Assembly (NCBI GenBank): GCA_977862235.1
Contig: OZ374559.1
Coordinates: 2,046,001-2,110,000, forward strand
Source: Dudresnaya verticillata
Lineage: Eukaryota
DNA length: 64,000 nucleotides
Reading direction: 5' to 3'
Shown here: piece after piece, positions 50,480 to 64,000 of the stretch
How positions within the stretch are numbered: the stretch's first letter is position 1
Layout of the letters: every line of letters begins with the position of its first letter
Position numbers and translations under genes: made by a program
Notes under the pieces: model-generated
The model's input: only the letters and a program-made list of their open reading frames with translations
Told to the model about the DNA's origin: nothing
Databases searched by the model: none

Positions 50480-50824
50480 ATGATCGGGAGGGCCATTTCT
50501 CTCTTCGTGCTTCTTCTTCTGGTGAACTTCGCTGCCGCCAATATATGCACAGTTTCACGACTTCGTGGACTCTGCGTCCCAATTGCAACCTGCCGATCGC
50601 AAAGACGCGTGCCACGTTTTAGTAGGAGTTGTGCAAGGGGATTGGGATGCTGTATAGGGTATCGTTTGAGAAAATGTACGGTGATAGTTCGCCGATCAAC
50701 AGGCGCAAGGCTTGCAGTAGGTGTTTGCTTACCAAGCTTTGCCTGCAAAAGAGGATTTCAAACTTTACCGACCAGGAGCTGCGGTGGAAGCAGCCTCATC
50801 AAGTGTTGTTTCAATCCTCGCTAG
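50480..50824 (+). CDS. Double-domain defensin-like peptide C, copy 3
   Basis: Identical translation. Confidence 0.88.
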   Translation: MIGRAISLFVLLLLVNFAAANICTVSRLRGLCVPIATCRSQRRVPRFSRSCARGLGCCIGYRLRKCTVIVRRSTGARLAVGVCLPSFACKRGFQTLPTRSCGGSSLIKCCFNPR

Positions 50825-53800
50825 TAGAGACCAAGAACATAGTTGCAAAGCCCACAAGGATCAGTTCAGTGTTTTCGTGAAGAAAGCGCTCGACATTGGT
50901 CTGTCATCATGAGCACAAACATACGGCTACAGCAGCAGAAGAATGTATTTTGTTTGCTGCAGTTTAGCAACAGCCGCTACATTTATGGGAACAAGTGTTG
51001 CTGGTCGCTTAGAACTCTTGTTCTTTAATAAAGGTCTCTCTCTCTCTCTTAGAACGAATGGATTAAATGTGGAATTGTCTGTATGTACATCTCGCGCCAC
51101 AATATGTCAGTGTAGTCAGTGCAGCATTTCTCGCCACGATATCCTTCGCAATCAGCTTGTGACCTTTCTCCGCAGCATTGCTCTCCACCGTGGTATTAGT
51201 ACTCAGCAGAAGCGCAACTTGTCCTACTTCGAGGAGGCCTTGGATCCCCACATCGTTGCCCACGTAAGATCACCTTAAAGAAAAAGTAAACGTTTACCAT
51301 CACGTCGTGGCCGTTGTCCTTTTGTGGATTCCTCTGCACTCAACGCGTCTGAACGGTGCCGCGATGCCTGTCAGTTGCAGCATGCTGAAGACCGTACATA
51401 TTAAAACCACAGTCATGACCGTCCTAGTATAGATCTTTAATTGAATGACCCTGCGGTGACACCATCTCGTAAGCATTGAAAGTCTCTGTGGTCAGCCCGC
51501 ACAGTCCTTCTACCATTTCAAGTATGCGCCGCTCTCAACATCACGCTATTCATCACTGCGAGCAATCGAAAATCCTCCATTATCGTCGATTGTGTTCAAA
51601 CAACCGGACCTCCTACCGATGGCGACGTACATTTATGTGCAAGCATCCCTTTATTCTCAAAGTGGAGAGTAAGCCCCTTAAAGGGAATTAATATGCACTG
51701 TTGCTAACAGTATGCGTGAGGGGTGACGACCGAGACATCAAATGCTTGGAGGGTGGGGGGCGAAGCTACTGTCATCTATGAAAATGTCCATAGAAGCTGA
51801 TCACGGCGAAGCTCAGGTGAGTCGTTGGTGCATTTATGTGAGCCATTAGTTGTGTGAGCCATTGGCTCCAGAATCGCTCGTGGCGTTCAGGCTCAGCGGT
51901 TCAGCGAGCTCCGATTTTCTTGGAAACTCTAAAGATACTTGGTCGACGACTGAGAAGCTCTCTCGTCTCTCGCTGAACTCCCACACGTCTGCCGTGCTTC
52001 AATTCACCGCAGTGGCTTTTAGTCACCGCAAGTTTGCGGGCAAACCCTCTAACCGTCGCTTCTCATGTTCGAAAACACGACTCCACACGTATAATTAACA
52101 CTTTGTGCGTGACAATTGAGTTGCAAAGTTGCTCGACCACGATTACAAACCATTTCGTACTTCTTCCTTTCTTCCGGCAACGTTGACCTTCCGTGCTTCT
52201 TCGAGCGAGTTCTCCTTAATACTACATTACGCACCAGCTCACAGATTAGTTTACCACGACTTTTTCGAAACGAGAGTAGTATCACTCTGTGACTCCTCAA
52301 GAAGCACTGCTACCAAGCAAGCATCCCTTTAATCGCAACATTCAGAGAACCAATGTCGGCTTCTGAGCGCCACTCGTTCAACTATATTCCAATGACTCCA
52401 CATTCATTCAGACTCATTCTTTCCTGCGGCGGATGCACAACGACCACACATCTTAGATAGTCTGATCGGTGTTGACAGCAGCTGTCTTACCGCGCCGCTA
52501 CTTCGCTGCCCTCGTTGCCTTCCCACAACCAACAACGTCTTCCGTCACATGCCTTTCGCAATATGCTCAGCTTACTCACTTATTGAACAATTGTACAATC
52601 CACTGGCGTTGACGCCTCCGAATAGGCAACGTTTCAGTGCGTTTAACAGTAGTTTGCGTTTAACAACTTGACCCGTTGGGATGAAGACAACCACTACTGC
52701 AGAAGTCGAGAGACCGGGAGCCCCAACAAAACTTTCTACTTCCAACGATGTTTACATGTTGCCGCCTCGCCCCACTTAACAATGAGATTGAACCTTAACT
52801 TTTCCTGCACTGTCTCCCATGCTCACAAGAGTCGCTGCGGAGATGGAATTGTTTTACAATGCCATGGAAGGGTAGTTGCTTCTTTCGGTGTCCAGCTTTG
52901 TTGTATTGTCTTCGTATGGTGTCAGCCCTCCTCCTGCTCTTGTGCCACAACAGTTCTTTTGCTGCCACTCATTTGAGTTTGGGTACAAATTTGCGTGGTC
53001 GGAATGGCATCTTTCTCAACTCTCAGAAGAGCTCTCTGCCCTATGCTCCGTATTGCGCAGATCGCATCTGCGGCAAAAGGGCGGGTTCAGGAATTACCAC
53101 ACCACCACTCGACTATACGTGGCCGCGTTGCAGAAATCAAGTTCCGCACCATAGGCTCAGGTCCACCGGACAATATGGATGGTGGTTATGATCATAGCGG
53201 TAGGCAGGTGAACGCCAAGCGGTAGAATAATGAGGGGTCCCGTGACCGCCCTTACTTGACCAAATGCAGTCTAAAGCTCAGTAGTAACCGTCACCCCCCT
53301 CTACGCAGCTGAGTATCGGGGAAGCAACCCAGCAGATGCAACTCTTGCGCTGGCTATGACTGGCAGCACGGTTTATTTCAGACTTGCCTCGCTATCATTC
53401 GTTAGCAATTAATCGTCGTCCAGTTGCAATCTCTGTTGTCCCTCTAGACTCTGGAGCGTCCTAGCGCCGCTATCTCTCTTCTGAATAATCTTCCCCCTTC
53501 TCTCTTTCTCTCAGAACAGTGAACTCGAGATCGTTACAAAACTCGAACAGACTCTGGCAGACTTCGTAGATACGTACCTGCCGTGTATCTAAAACGTTTG
53601 TTTATGCCGCAGCTTCGCTTGCTCCATGCCCACCTCTTAACCTCACATCCGCCATATGCTGCGAAGCAGTAGCAATATAGCCCCTTCCAGAAGCTATTCT
53701 TCATCATATGTCATGGTCTTCCTTTTTATCCCACTTCTTCGTAGGATCCTTCATCCCTTTTCTCTCTGAACACTCTCACCAGATATCAAAGCCCGTTACA

Positions 53801-55388
53801 GCCAAGTTGTACATATTTGAATGTTTTCTTACTATGGTCCTAAGCGGACGAACTGGGCATATCTTCTTCTGCACCCACACTCCGGTTACAGTTGTCGCAA
53901 GTTGTGTAGAAGAGTTTTGAAACCTCTGGGAGCCCTGTCCAGGATACTCGCACAGAGCTGCCCCCGTCACGCATAGTGCAGCACAGCCGAAAAAACTTTA
54001 TCGAACTGTAGCGTGTGGCTGTGAAAGACCCGATGTCCTATTTTGAGACGCGTTTTGCTGCATTCGCGCCCTCTCATGCATTTCTGTGGCTGTGCAGAAG
54101 CGTAGAGCGAGAGAGGAGTAACGCTGGAATAGTCCACACGAGGGAAGTGTAGTGAATACTGCGATCCTTCCTTCGTTTAATCGCTGAGCGTTGCACCTCA
54201 AGACTTTCAAAATGGAACAAAGGCCCGTGGTCTGCACGTGTCAATGGATAGGCTATAGTAGCGTATCCCTCCATATTGGGATAGCCGTGGTACTTTATCG
54301 CGAGGTATTGGAGCGAGCACGGGTCCGCGTTCAAACGAAGCCTCAATACAAAGACGTTGAATGAAAGTCAAGTCGGGCCCTCCCATTGCAAAGTGCTTTC
54401 CGGGTTCATTCCACAGTTGCAGCTGTGAGACCAACAAATGGCAACGCAAGTAAGCGCGTTGCAATGAGCCACAAGTTGATTGGGAAGATTGAGACTCCGT
54501 GAGATTCTCGAGGTTTTCCATTACGGGATTCACAGCTGTGAGACAGCAGTACATAATACAAACTCCTGTTGTTACATTCTTTGAGCTAGAATCGTTTCCT
54601 ATTCCGTGACTCTAGTGCTGCGTGTGATACACTGCAGTATGGTTTCTTAAACAGCGAGTCGCGGCAATGCCCGCGCTCATGAGTAAACGTTTCTCATGAC
54701 AATGCTCACGAGTTTTCGCGTTGCCAGACACGAGTCTTGGATGTTTTGCATGCTGCAATGCATGGAGTCCTACACCCTTTGCATGTTGCCTCTCGAGGGC
54801 ATGCGCACACTCTGTGGCCACACTTCTCTCTCATGCTCTCTGTAGATGGTCGAAAATCCCAAACCGCATAAACACGAAACGAATCGTCTGGCCACGCGCA
54901 ATGGTAAGTGGTACATCTTACGGTAAGAAGATGTGATGTGCGGTCGGAAATGGAACGATTTAGGTAGTACCTTGGGATACTTTCCCCTGCCACCCAGTCG
55001 AAGCACTGCCGAAAGGGCAGCTCTGCGCGCAGAGTGTACGGTAGAAGCCAGAGGATATGGATGGCAACCACACAAGAAGCTCAGAAGGTTGGTTCTGAAG
55101 AACCTGTGTAATAATTGATGGTGATGGTGATCCAAGCGTTCAAAAAAGAAACAATGCTCTGGGTTTTGTCATACAAGCTGTTTGCACGCTTCCAAAATGC
55201 TCTATTCTCTTGGTGATACGTTGAAAGTCCCCTGCTGCATCTTCTTGCCTTGTTGAGAACTTTTAGCCAAAGGGTTGGTATTTAAACGCCGTACTCACAA
55301 CAGATTTAAGAAACGAAACGATGGCACAATCCAACCCAAGAGCAGACCTGAAACAACGGATCACAACCTCGACCAGCAACACTTCATC

Positions 55389-55733
55389 ATGATCGGGAGG
55401 GCCATTTCTCTCTTCGTGCTTCTTCTTCTGGTGAACTTCGCTGCCGCCAATATATGCACAGTTTCACGACTTCGTGGACTCTGCGTCCCAATTGCAACCT
55501 GCCGATCGCAAAGACGCGTGCCACGTTTTAGTAGGAGTTGTGCAAGGGGATTGGGATGCTGTATAGGGTATCGTTTGAGAAAATGTACGGTGATAGTTCG
55601 CCGATCAACAGGCGCAAGGCTTGCAGTAGGTGTTTGCTTACCAAGCTTTGCCTGCAAAAGAGGATTTCAAACTTTACCGACCAGGAGCTGCGGTGGAAGC
55701 AGCCTCATCAAGTGTTGTTTCAATCCTCGCTAG
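55389..55733 (+). CDS. Double-domain defensin-like peptide C, copy 4
   Basis: Identical translation. Confidence 0.88.
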   Translation: MIGRAISLFVLLLLVNFAAANICTVSRLRGLCVPIATCRSQRRVPRFSRSCARGLGCCIGYRLRKCTVIVRRSTGARLAVGVCLPSFACKRGFQTLPTRSCGGSSLIKCCFNPR

Positions 55734-58700
55734 TAGAGACCAAGAACATAGTTGCAAAGCCCACAAGGATCAGTTCAGTGTTTTCGTGAAGAAAGCGCTC
55801 GACATTGGTCTGTCATCATGAGCACAAACATACGGCTACAGCAGCAGAAGAATGTATTTTGTTTGCTGCAGTTTAGCAACAGCCGCTACATTTATGGGAA
55901 CAAGTGTTGCTGGTCGCTTAGAACTCTTGTTCTTTAATAAAGGTCTCTCTCTCTCTCTTAGAACGAATGGATTAAATGTGGAATTGTCTGTATGTACATC
56001 TCGCGCCACAATATGTCAGTGTAGTCAGTGCAGCATTTCTCGCCACGATATCCTTCGCAATCAGCTTGTGACCTTTCTCCGCAGCATTGCTCTCCACCGT
56101 GGTATTAGTACTCAGCAGAAGCGCAACTTGTCCTACTTCGAGGAGGCCTTGGATCCCCACATCGTTGCCCACGTAAGATCACCTTAAAGAAAAAGTAAAC
56201 GTTTACCATCACGTCGTGGCCGTTGTCCTTTTGTGGATTCCTCTGCACTCAACGCGTCTGAACGGTGCCGCGATGCCTGTCAGTTGCAGCATGCTGAAGA
56301 CCGTACATATTAAAACCACAGTCATGACCGTCCTAGTATAGATCTTTAATTGAATGACCCTGCGGTGACACCATCTCGTAAGCATTGAAAGTCTCTGTGG
56401 TCAGCCCGCACAGTCCTTCTACCATTTCAAGTATGCGCCGCTCTCAACATCACGCTATTCATCACTGCGAGCAATCGAAAATCCTCCATTATCGTCGATT
56501 GTGTTCAAACAACCGGACCTCCTACCGATGGCGACGTACATTTATGTGCAAGCATCCCTTTATTCTCAAAGTGGAGAGTAAGCCCCTTAAAGGGAATTAA
56601 TATGCACTGTTGCTAACAGTATGCGTGAGGGGTGACGACCGAGACATCAAATGCTTGGAGGGTGGGGGGCGAAGCTACTGTCATCTATGAAAATGTCCAT
56701 AGAAGCTGATCACGGCGAAGCTCAGGTGAGTCGTTGGTGCATTTATGTGAGCCATTAGTTGTGTGAGCCATTGGCTCCAGAATCGCTCGTGGCGTTCAGG
56801 CTCAGCGGTTCAGCGAGCTCCGATTTTCTTGGAAACTCTAAAGATACTTGGTCGACGACTGAGAAGCTCTCTCGTCTCTCGCTGAACTCCCACACGTCTG
56901 CCGTGCTTCAATTCACCGCAGTGGCTTTTAGTCACCGCAAGTTTGCGGGCAAACCCTCTAACCGTCGCTTCTCATGTTCGAAAACACGACTCCACACGTA
57001 TAATTAACACTTTGTGCGTGACAATTGAGTTGCAAAGTTGCTCGACCACGATTACAAACCATTTCGTACTTCTTCCTTTCTTCCGGCAACGTTGACCTTC
57101 CGTGCTTCTTCGAGCGAGTTCTCCTTAATACTACATTACGCACCAGCTCACAGATTAGTTTACCACGACTTTTTCGAAACGAGAGTAGTATCACTCTGTG
57201 ACTCCTCAAGAAGCACTGCTACCAAGCAAGCATCCCTTTAATCGCAACATTCAGAGAACCAATGTCGGCTTCTGAGCGCCACTCGTTCAACTATATTCCA
57301 ATGACTCCACATTCATTCAGACTCATTCTTTCCTGCGGCGGATGCACAACGACCACACATCTTAGATAGTCTGATCGGTGTTGACAGCAGCTGTCTTACC
57401 GCGCCGCTACTTCGCTGCCCTCGTTGCCTTCCCACAACCAACAACGTCTTCCGTCACATGCCTTTCGCAATATGCTCAGCTTACTCACTTATTGAACAAT
57501 TGTACAATCCACTGGCGTTGACGCCTCCGAATAGGCAACGTTTCAGTGCGTTTAACAGTAGTTTGCGTTTAACAACTTGACCCGTTGGGATGAAGACAAC
57601 CACTACTGCAGAAGTCGAGAGACCGGGAGCCCCAACAAAACTTTCTACTTCCAACGATGTTTACATGTTGCCGCCTCGCCCCACTTAACAATGAGATTGA
57701 ACCTTAACTTTTCCTGCACTGTCTCCCATGCTCACAAGAGTCGCTGCGGAGATGGAATTGTTTTACAATGCCATGGAAGGGTAGTTGCTTCTTTCGGTGT
57801 CCAGCTTTGTTGTATTGTCTTCGTATGGTGTCAGCCCTCCTCCTGCTCTTGTGCCACAACAGTTCTTTTGCTGCCACTCATTTGAGTTTGGGTACAAATT
57901 TGCGTGGTCGGAATGGCATCTTTCTCAACTCTCAGAAGAGCTCTCTGCCCTATGCTCCGTATTGCGCAGATCGCATCTGCGGCAAAAGGGCGGGTTCAGG
58001 AATTACCACACCACCACTCGACTATACGTGGCCGCGTTGCAGAAATCAAGTTCCGCACCATAGGCTCAGGTCCACCGGACAATATGGATGGTGGTTATGA
58101 TCATAGCGGTAGGCAGGTGAACGCCAAGCGGTAGAATAATGAGGGGTCCCGTGACCGCCCTTACTTGACCAAATGCAGTCTAAAGCTCAGTAGTAACCGT
58201 CACCCCCCTCTACGCAGCTGAGTATCGGGGAAGCAACCCAGCAGATGCAACTCTTGCGCTGGCTATGACTGGCAGCACGGTTTATTTCAGACTTGCCTCG
58301 CTATCATTCGTTAGCAATTAATCGTCGTCCAGTTGCAATCTCTGTTGTCCCTCTAGACTCTGGAGCGTCCTAGCGCCGCTATCTCTCTTCTGAATAATCT
58401 TCCCCCTTCTCTCTTTCTCTCAGAACAGTGAACTCGAGATCGTTACAAAACTCGAACAGACTCTGGCAGACTTCGTAGATACGTACCTGCCGTGTATCTA
58501 AAACGTTTGTTTATGCCGCAGCTTCGCTTGCTCCATGCCCACCTCTTAACCTCACATCCGCCATATGCTGCGAAGCAGTAGCAATATAGCCCCTTCCAGA
58601 AGCTATTCTTCATCATATGTCATGGTCTTCCTTTTTATCCCACTTCTTCGTAGGATCCTTCATCCCTTTTCTCTCTGAACACTCTCACCAGATATCAAAG

Positions 58701-60297
58701 CCCGTTACAGCCAAGTTGTACATATTTGAATGTTTTCTTACTATGGTCCTAAGCGGACGAACTGGGCATATCTTCTTCTGCACCCACACTCCGGTTACAG
58801 TTGTCGCAAGTTGTGTAGAAGAGTTTTGAAACCTCTGGGAGCCCTGTCCAGGATACTCGCACAGAGCTGCCCCCGTCACGCATAGTGCAGCACAGCCGAA
58901 AAAACTTTATCGAACTGTAGCGTGTGGCTGTGAAAGACCCGATGTCCTATTTTGAGACGCGTTTTGCTGCATTCGCGCCCTCTCATGCATTTCTGTGGCT
59001 GTGCAGAAGCGTAGAGCGAGAGAGGAGTAACGCTGGAATAGTCCACACGAGGGAAGTGTAGTGAATACTGCGATCCTTCCTTCGTTTAATCGCTGAGCGT
59101 TGCACCTCAAGACTTTCAAAATGGAACAAAGGCCCGTGGTCTGCACGTGTCAATGGATAGGCTATAGTAGCGTATCCCTCCATATTGGGATAGCCGTGGT
59201 ACTTTATCGCGAGGTATTGGAGCGAGCACGGGTCCGCGTTCAAACGAAGCCTCAATACAAAGACGTTGAATGAAAGTCAAGTCGGGCCCTCCCATTGCAA
59301 AGTGCTTTCCGGGTTCATTCCACAGTTGCAGCTGTGAGACCAACAAATGGCAACGCAAGTAAGCGCGTTGCAATGAGCCACAAGTTGATTGGGAAGATTG
59401 AGACTCCGTGAGATTCTCGAGGTTTTCCATTACGGGATTCACAGCTGTGAGACAGCAGTACATAATACAAACTCCTGTTGTTACATTCTTTGAGCTAGAA
59501 TCGTTTCCTATTCCGTGACTCTAGTGCTGCGTGTGATACACTGCAGTATGGTTTCTTAAACAGCGAGTCGCGGCAATGCCCGCGCTCATGAGTAAACGTT
59601 TCTCATGACAATGCTCACGAGTTTTCGCGTTGCCAGACACGAGTCTTGGATGTTTTGCATGCTGCAATGCATGGAGTCCTACACCCTTTGCATGTTGCCT
59701 CTCGAGGGCATGCGCACACTCTGTGGCCACACTTCTCTCTCATGCTCTCTGTAGATGGTCGAAAATCCCAAACCGCATAAACACGAAACGAATCGTCTGG
59801 CCACGCGCAATGGTAAGTGGTACATCTTACGGTAAGAAGATGTGATGTGCGGTCGGAAATGGAACGATTTAGGTAGTACCTTGGGATACTTTCCCCTGCC
59901 ACCCAGTCGAAGCACTGCCGAAAGGGCAGCTCTGCGCGCAGAGTGTACGGTAGAAGCCAGAGGATATGGATGGCAACCACACAAGAAGCTCAGAAGGTTG
60001 GTTCTGAAGAACCTGTGTAATAATTGATGGTGATGGTGATCCAAGCGTTCAAAAAAGAAACAATGCTCTGGGTTTTGTCATACAAGCTGTTTGCACGCTT
60101 CCAAAATGCTCTATTCTCTTGGTGATACGTTGAAAGTCCCCTGCTGCATCTTCTTGCCTTGTTGAGAACTTTTAGCCAAAGGGTTGGTATTTAAACGCCG
60201 TACTCACAACAGATTTAAGAAACGAAACGATGGCACAATCCAACCCAAGAGCAGACCTGAAACAACGGATCACAACCTCGACCAGCAACACTTCATC

Positions 60298-60642
60298 ATG
60301 ATCGGGAGGGCCATTTCTCTCTTCGTGCTTCTTCTTCTGGTGAACTTCGCTGCCGCCAATATATGCACAGTTTCACGACTTCGTGGACTCTGCGTCCCAA
60401 TTGCAACCTGCCGATCGCAAAGACGCGTGCCACGTTTTAGTAGGAGTTGTGCAAGGGGATTGGGATGCTGTATAGGGTATCGTTTGAGAAAATGTACGGT
60501 GATAGTTCGCCGATCAACAGGCGCAAGGCTTGCAGTAGGTGTTTGCTTACCAAGCTTTGCCTGCAAAAGAGGATTTCAAACTTTACCGACCAGGAGCTGC
60601 GGTGGAAGCAGCCTCATCAAGTGTTGTTTCAATCCTCGCTAG
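60298..60642 (+). CDS. Double-domain defensin-like peptide C, copy 5
   Basis: Identical translation. Confidence 0.88.
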   Translation: MIGRAISLFVLLLLVNFAAANICTVSRLRGLCVPIATCRSQRRVPRFSRSCARGLGCCIGYRLRKCTVIVRRSTGARLAVGVCLPSFACKRGFQTLPTRSCGGSSLIKCCFNPR

Positions 60643-63600
60643 TAGAGACCAAGAACATAGTTGCAAAGCCCACAAGGATCAGTTCAGTGTTTTCGTGAAG
60701 AAAGCGCTCGACATTGGTCTGTCATCATGAGCACAAACATACGGCTACAGCAGCAGAAGAATGTATTTTGTTTGCTGCAGTTTAGCAACAGCCGCTACAT
60801 TTATGGGAACAAGTGTTGCTGGTCGCTTAGAACTCTTGTTCTTTAATAAAGGTCTCTCTCTCTCTCTTAGAACGAATGGATTAAATGTGGAATTGTCTGT
60901 ATGTACATCTCGCGCCACAATATGTCAGTGTAGTCAGTGCAGCATTTCTCGCCACGATATCCTTCGCAATCAGCTTGTGACCTTTCTCCGCAGCATTGCT
61001 CTCCACCGTGGTATTAGTACTCAGCAGAAGCGCAACTTGTCCTACTTCGAGGAGGCCTTGGATCCCCACATCGTTGCCCACGTAAGATCACCTTAAAGAA
61101 AAAGTAAACGTTTACCATCACGTCGTGGCCGTTGTCCTTTTGTGGATTCCTCTGCACTCAACGCGTCTGAACGGTGCCGCGATGCCTGTCAGTTGCAGCA
61201 TGCTGAAGACCGTACATATTAAAACCACAGTCATGACCGTCCTAGTATAGATCTTTAATTGAATGACCCTGCGGTGACACCATCTCGTAAGCATTGAAAG
61301 TCTCTGTGGTCAGCCCGCACAGTCCTTCTACCATTTCAAGTATGCGCCGCTCTCAACATCACGCTATTCATCACTGCGAGCAATCGAAAATCCTCCATTA
61401 TCGTCGATTGTGTTCAAACAACCGGACCTCCTACCGATGGCGACGTACATTTATGTGCAAGCATCCCTTTATTCTCAAAGTGGAGAGTAAGCCCCTTAAA
61501 GGGAATTAATATGCACTGTTGCTAACAGTATGCGTGAGGGGTGACGACCGAGACATCAAATGCTTGGAGGGTGGGGGGCGAAGCTACTGTCATCTATGAA
61601 AATGTCCATAGAAGCTGATCACGGCGAAGCTCAGGTGAGTCGTTGGTGCATTTATGTGAGCCATTAGTTGTGTGAGCCATTGGCTCCAGAATCGCTCGTG
61701 GCGTTCAGGCTCAGCGGTTCAGCGAGCTCCGATTTTCTTGGAAACTCTAAAGATACTTGGTCGACGACTGAGAAGCTCTCTCGTCTCTCGCTGAACTCCC
61801 ACACGTCTGCCGTGCTTCAATTCACCGCAGTGGCTTTTAGTCACCGCAAGTTTGCGGGCAAACCCTCTAACCGTCGCTTCTCATGTTCGAAAACACGACT
61901 CCACACGTATAATTAACACTTTGTGCGTGACAATTGAGTTGCAAAGTTGCTCGACCACGATTACAAACCATTTCGTACTTCTTCCTTTCTTCCGGCAACG
62001 TTGACCTTCCGTGCTTCTTCGAGCGAGTTCTCCTTAATACTACATTACGCACCAGCTCACAGATTAGTTTACCACGACTTTTTCGAAACGAGAGTAGTAT
62101 CACTCTGTGACTCCTCAAGAAGCACTGCTACCAAGCAAGCATCCCTTTAATCGCAACATTCAGAGAACCAATGTCGGCTTCTGAGCGCCACTCGTTCAAC
62201 TATATTCCAATGACTCCACATTCATTCAGACTCATTCTTTCCTGCGGCGGATGCACAACGACCACACATCTTAGATAGTCTGATCGGTGTTGACAGCAGC
62301 TGTCTTACCGCGCCGCTACTTCGCTGCCCTCGTTGCCTTCCCACAACCAACAACGTCTTCCGTCACATGCCTTTCGCAATATGCTCAGCTTACTCACTTA
62401 TTGAACAATTGTACAATCCACTGGCGTTGACGCCTCCGAATAGGCAACGTTTCAGTGCGTTTAAAAGTAGTTTGCGTTTAACAACTTGACCCGTTGGGAT
62501 GAAGACAACCACTACTGCAGAAGTCGAGAGACCGGGAGCCCCAACAAAACTTTCTACTTCCAACGATGTTTACATGTTGCCGCCTCGCCCCACTTAACAA
62601 TGAGATTGAACCTTAACTTTTCCTGCACTGTCTCCCATGCTCACAAGAGTCGCTGCGGAGATGGAATTGTTTTACAATGCCATGGAAGGGTAGTTGCTTC
62701 TTTCGGTGTCCAGCTTTGTTGTATTGTCTTCGTATGGTGTCAGCCCTCCTCCTGCTCTTGTGCCACAACAGTTCTTTTGCTGCCACTCATTTGAGTTTGG
62801 GTACAAATTTGCGTGGTCGGAATGGCATCTTTCTCAACTCTCAGAAGAGCTCTCTGCCCTATGCTCCGTATTGCGCAGATCGCATCTGCGGCAAAAGGGC
62901 GGGTTCAGGAATTACCACACCACCACTCGACTATACGTGGCCGCGTTGCAGAAATCAAGTTCCGCACCATAGGCTCAGGTCCACCGGACAATATGGATGG
63001 TGGTTATGATCATAGCGGTAGGCAGGTGAACGCCAAGCGGTAGAATAATGAGGGGTCCCGTGACCGCCCTTACTTGACCAAATGCAGTCTAAAGCTCAGT
63101 AGTAACCGTCACCCCCCTCTACGCAGCTGAGTATCGGGGAAGCAACCCAGCAGATGCAACTCTTGCGCTGGCTATGACTGGCAGCACGGTTTATTTCAGA
63201 CTTGCCTCGCTATCATTCGTTAGCAATTAATCGTCGTCCAGTTGCAATCTCTGTTGTCCCTCTAGACTCTGGAGCGTCCTAGCGCCGCTATCTCTCTTCT
63301 GAATAATCTTCCCCCTTCTCTCTTTCTCTCAGAACAGTGAACTCGAGATCGTTACAAAACTCGAACAGACTCTGGCAGACTTCGTAGATACGTACCTGCC
63401 GTGTATCTAAAACGTTTGTTTATGCCGCAGCTTCGCTTGCTCCATGCCCACCTCTTAACCTCACATCCGCCATATGCTGCGAAGCAGTAGCAATATAGCC
63501 CCTTCCAGAAGCTATTCTTCATCATATGTCATGGTCTTCCTTTTTATCCCACTTCTTCGTAGGATCCTTCATCCCTTTTCTCTCTGAACACTCTCACCAG

Positions 63601-64000
63601 ATATCAAAGCCCGTTACAGCCAAGTTGTACATATTTGAATGTTTTCTTACTATGGTCCTAAGCGGACGAACTGGGCATATCTTCTTCTGCACCCACACTC
63701 CGGTTACAGTTGTCGCAAGTTGTGTAGAAGAGTTTTGAAACCTCTGGGAGCCCTGTCCAGGATACTCGCACAGAGCTGCCCCCGTCACGCATAGTGCAGC
63801 ACAGCCGAAAAAACTTTATCGAACTGTAGCGTGTGGCTGTGAAAGACCCGATGTCCTATTTTGAGACGCGTTTTGCTGCATTCGCGCCCTCTCATGCATT
63901 TCTGTGGCTGTGCAGAAGCGTAGAGCGAGAGAGGAGTAACGCTGGAATAGTCCACACGAGGGAAGTGTAGTGAATACTGCGATCCTTCCTTCGTTTAATC

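Larger units (their letters stand above)
36654..64000. repeat. Tandem array 2: about 5.6 head-to-tail copies of a 4909-bp unit (runs off the window end)
   Basis: Units start with CATGCTGAAGACC at 36654, 41563, 46472, 51381, 56290 and 61199. The ORF track repeats with period 4909. Confidence 0.98.

Noticed and set aside
36654..64000. Integrated plasmid, virus or Helitron concatemer
   Set aside because: There is no intact Rep, helicase, capsid, integrase or transposase ORF, and no TC...CTRR termini at the junctions. Known red-algal plasmids are far more AT-rich.
1..64000. CRISPR arrays, tRNA genes and prokaryotic operon signals
   Set aside because: No short repeat-spacer structure or cloverleaf was seen, and spliceosomal introns show the DNA is eukaryotic.

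Overview
Eukaryotic nuclear DNA. Compact GC-rich genes, short GT-AG introns with CTGAC branch points and GCC microsatellites suggest a florideophyte red alga, but the taxon is inferred only. The window has three parts. (1) 1-27684: about 3.9 near-identical tandem copies of a 7047-bp unit. Each copy carries a convergent pair of divergent paralogous genes for signal-peptide proteins with 12 conserved cysteines and no family I recognise. (2) 27685-36653: a single-copy GC-rich core with four genes: a frameshifted phytochelatin-synthase-like gene containing a second, catalytically dead copy of the domain; a MUG/TDG-family uracil-DNA glycosylase; a secreted cationic two-repeat Cys-rich protein; and a 3-exon GT61-like glycosyltransferase. 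The core also holds a non-LTR retrotransposon relic and a possible CACTG-type MITE. (3) 36654-64000: about 5.6 near-identical tandem copies of a 4909-bp unit whose only convincing gene encodes a secreted, strongly cationic peptide with two beta-defensin/clip-like six-cysteine domains. The best candidate for an undescribed system is a recently amplified locus of secreted cysteine-rich defence or effector proteins. All functions for these proteins are inference, and array copy number needs read-level confirmation.
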